From Candidatus Dojkabacteria bacterium (GTDB taxonomy: Bacteria > Patescibacteriota > Dojkabacteria > CALFHW01), in the NCBI GenBank assembly GCA_048615025.1, contig JBMCLZ010000001.1, positions 1 through 24,656 of the forward strand: DNA of 24,656 nucleotides, written 5' to 3'. The position numbers were made by a program, and so were the translations under genes. Positions 23,901 to 24,656 of the stretch are shown here, piece after piece (position 1 is the stretch's first letter; each line of letters starts with the position of its first letter). The notes under the pieces were generated by a model. That model was not told the DNA's origin and did not search any database. It saw nothing but the letters and a program-made list of their open reading frames with translations.

Positions 23901-24452
23901 ATGCCTAACTGGGACAAAGTCAAAACTAAGAATAATTACAAGGCAGACGAGATTATCTCGTTGTTGCAAAAAGCGATCCGCCGAGGAGAGGAGGAGCTTG
24001 CTGTGTTTGCTGCATACGAAATGCTCATAACATCTGACGAGCTTGCAGATAAGTGTTGGCAGCGACTACGTGTGATTGCGACAGAAGATATTGGGCTTGC
24101 TAACCCAGATGTAGTTCCACAGGTAATGGCAGCTCACGACTCCTACAAATTGCTCCATCCTAAAGAAGATAAAAATCTTCATGCGATCTTTGCAACAGTT
24201 TTGCTTGCAAGAAGCCCTAAGAGTCGCTACATAGACGAGCTCTACAACAACCTAAAGCAAAAGGTGTCGGAAGAGAAATACAGAGTCGAGATCCCAGATT
24301 ACGCTATCGATAAGCATACTGAAAAGGGGGAGGAACTCGGTCGAGGGCATAAACACTTTTGGGAGGTGGCAGCAAGACTTAAAAACGATATGAGCGAGCA
24401 CGAAAAGGGGCATCTAGCTGAGATCCTAGCTCGCCTAGAAGACGAGAAGTAG
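23901..24452 (+). CDS. Stand-alone RarA/MgsA C-terminal-domain-like protein (no AAA+ ATPase module)
   Basis: IISLLQKAIRRG...WQRLRVIATEDIGLANP matches the RarA ISA..KSIRG...RRL...ASEDIGLADP region. Only 183 aa, with no Walker A/B. Confidence 0.75.
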   Translation: MPNWDKVKTKNNYKADEIISLLQKAIRRGEEELAVFAAYEMLITSDELADKCWQRLRVIATEDIGLANPDVVPQVMAAHDSYKLLHPKEDKNLHAIFATVLLARSPKSRYIDELYNNLKQKVSEEKYRVEIPDYAIDKHTEKGEELGRGHKHFWEVAARLKNDMSEHEKGHLAEILARLEDEK

Positions 24453-24479
24453 AGCTTTAGTAGCCCCCATAAGGCGACA

Positions 24480-24509
24480 TTGCGCTATGAAGTATAAGTA
24501 GTAGCGCAA
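24480..24509. repeat. Inverted repeat TTGCGCTA-N14-TAGCGCAA between convergent genes (possible bidirectional terminator)
   Basis: Exact 8-bp arms at 24480-24487 and 24502-24509 in the 64-bp gap between the stops at 24452 and 24517. Confidence 0.45.
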
Positions 24510-24516
24510 AAATAGC

Positions 24517-24656
24517 TTACTGTAAGTGCCAATACTCTGTTTTTAGACCGCTATTACAGTTGTCCTTGTTCTCGCAGATAATTGCATATTTTGCCCCCGC
24601 TCCGTTACAAGGGAAAGCCCCCCTGTACCAAGAGCAGGCATTATCGTTTCCGTAAG
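24517..24656 (-). CDS. 3' end of a hypothetical Cys-rich, probably extracytoplasmic protein (partial)
   Basis: Manual translation: ...YGNDNACSWYRGAFPCNGAGAKYAIICENKDNCNSGLKTEYWHLQ* with the stop at 24519-24517. Four Cys in 45 aa. Confidence 0.5.
   Translation of the reverse strand, partial: YGNDNACSWYRGAFPCNGAGAKYAIICENKDNCNSGLKTEYWHLQ

Noticed and set aside
1-24656. Stop-codon reassignment (code 25 or amber recoding)
   Set aside because: TGA, TAA and TAG all end genes at expected family lengths (e.g. dnaE TGA, PRTase TAG), and long ORFs are intact under code 11.
1-24656. CRISPR array, rRNA, transposase or phage genes
   Set aside because: No regularly spaced direct repeats or recognisable motifs were found by eye.

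Overview
A compact window (roughly 40% GC by eye, genetic code 11) from a streamlined bacterial chromosome. Gene content, gene overlaps and scarce Shine-Dalgarno motifs suggest a Patescibacteria/CPR-type organism; this is an inference. Left: a tightly coupled minus-strand operon, ftsW - acidic surface protein - lysozyme-like secreted protein - dnaE - murT (partial), then tRNA-Val(TAC) and a stand-alone RelA/SpoT-type HD hydrolase. Middle: (1) a divergent redox module with a NOX/ferric-reductase flavocytochrome opposite a membrane-anchored tandem cytochrome b5 and msrB; (2) a three-gene operon with a DUF1704/MATCAP-type HExxxH carboxypeptidase and two different ATP-grasp ligases, which is the best candidate for an undescribed system (a possible peptide-tail writer/eraser set); (3) a purine PRTase and a histidine phosphatase; (4) a surface-glycosylation cluster (GT4, methyltransferase, flippase-like protein, GT2, GT-C). 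Right: a DUF4430 protein with an ECF S-component-like protein (putative corrinoid uptake), a VIT1/CCC1 transporter, an atypical kinase-fold protein, a stand-alone RarA/MgsA C-terminal domain and the Cys-rich end of a convergent gene. Several starts sit 5-8 nt after a TAnnnT box, suggesting leaderless transcription. No CRISPR array, rRNA, integrase or transposase was seen. All family calls are from motif recognition by eye, without database searches.
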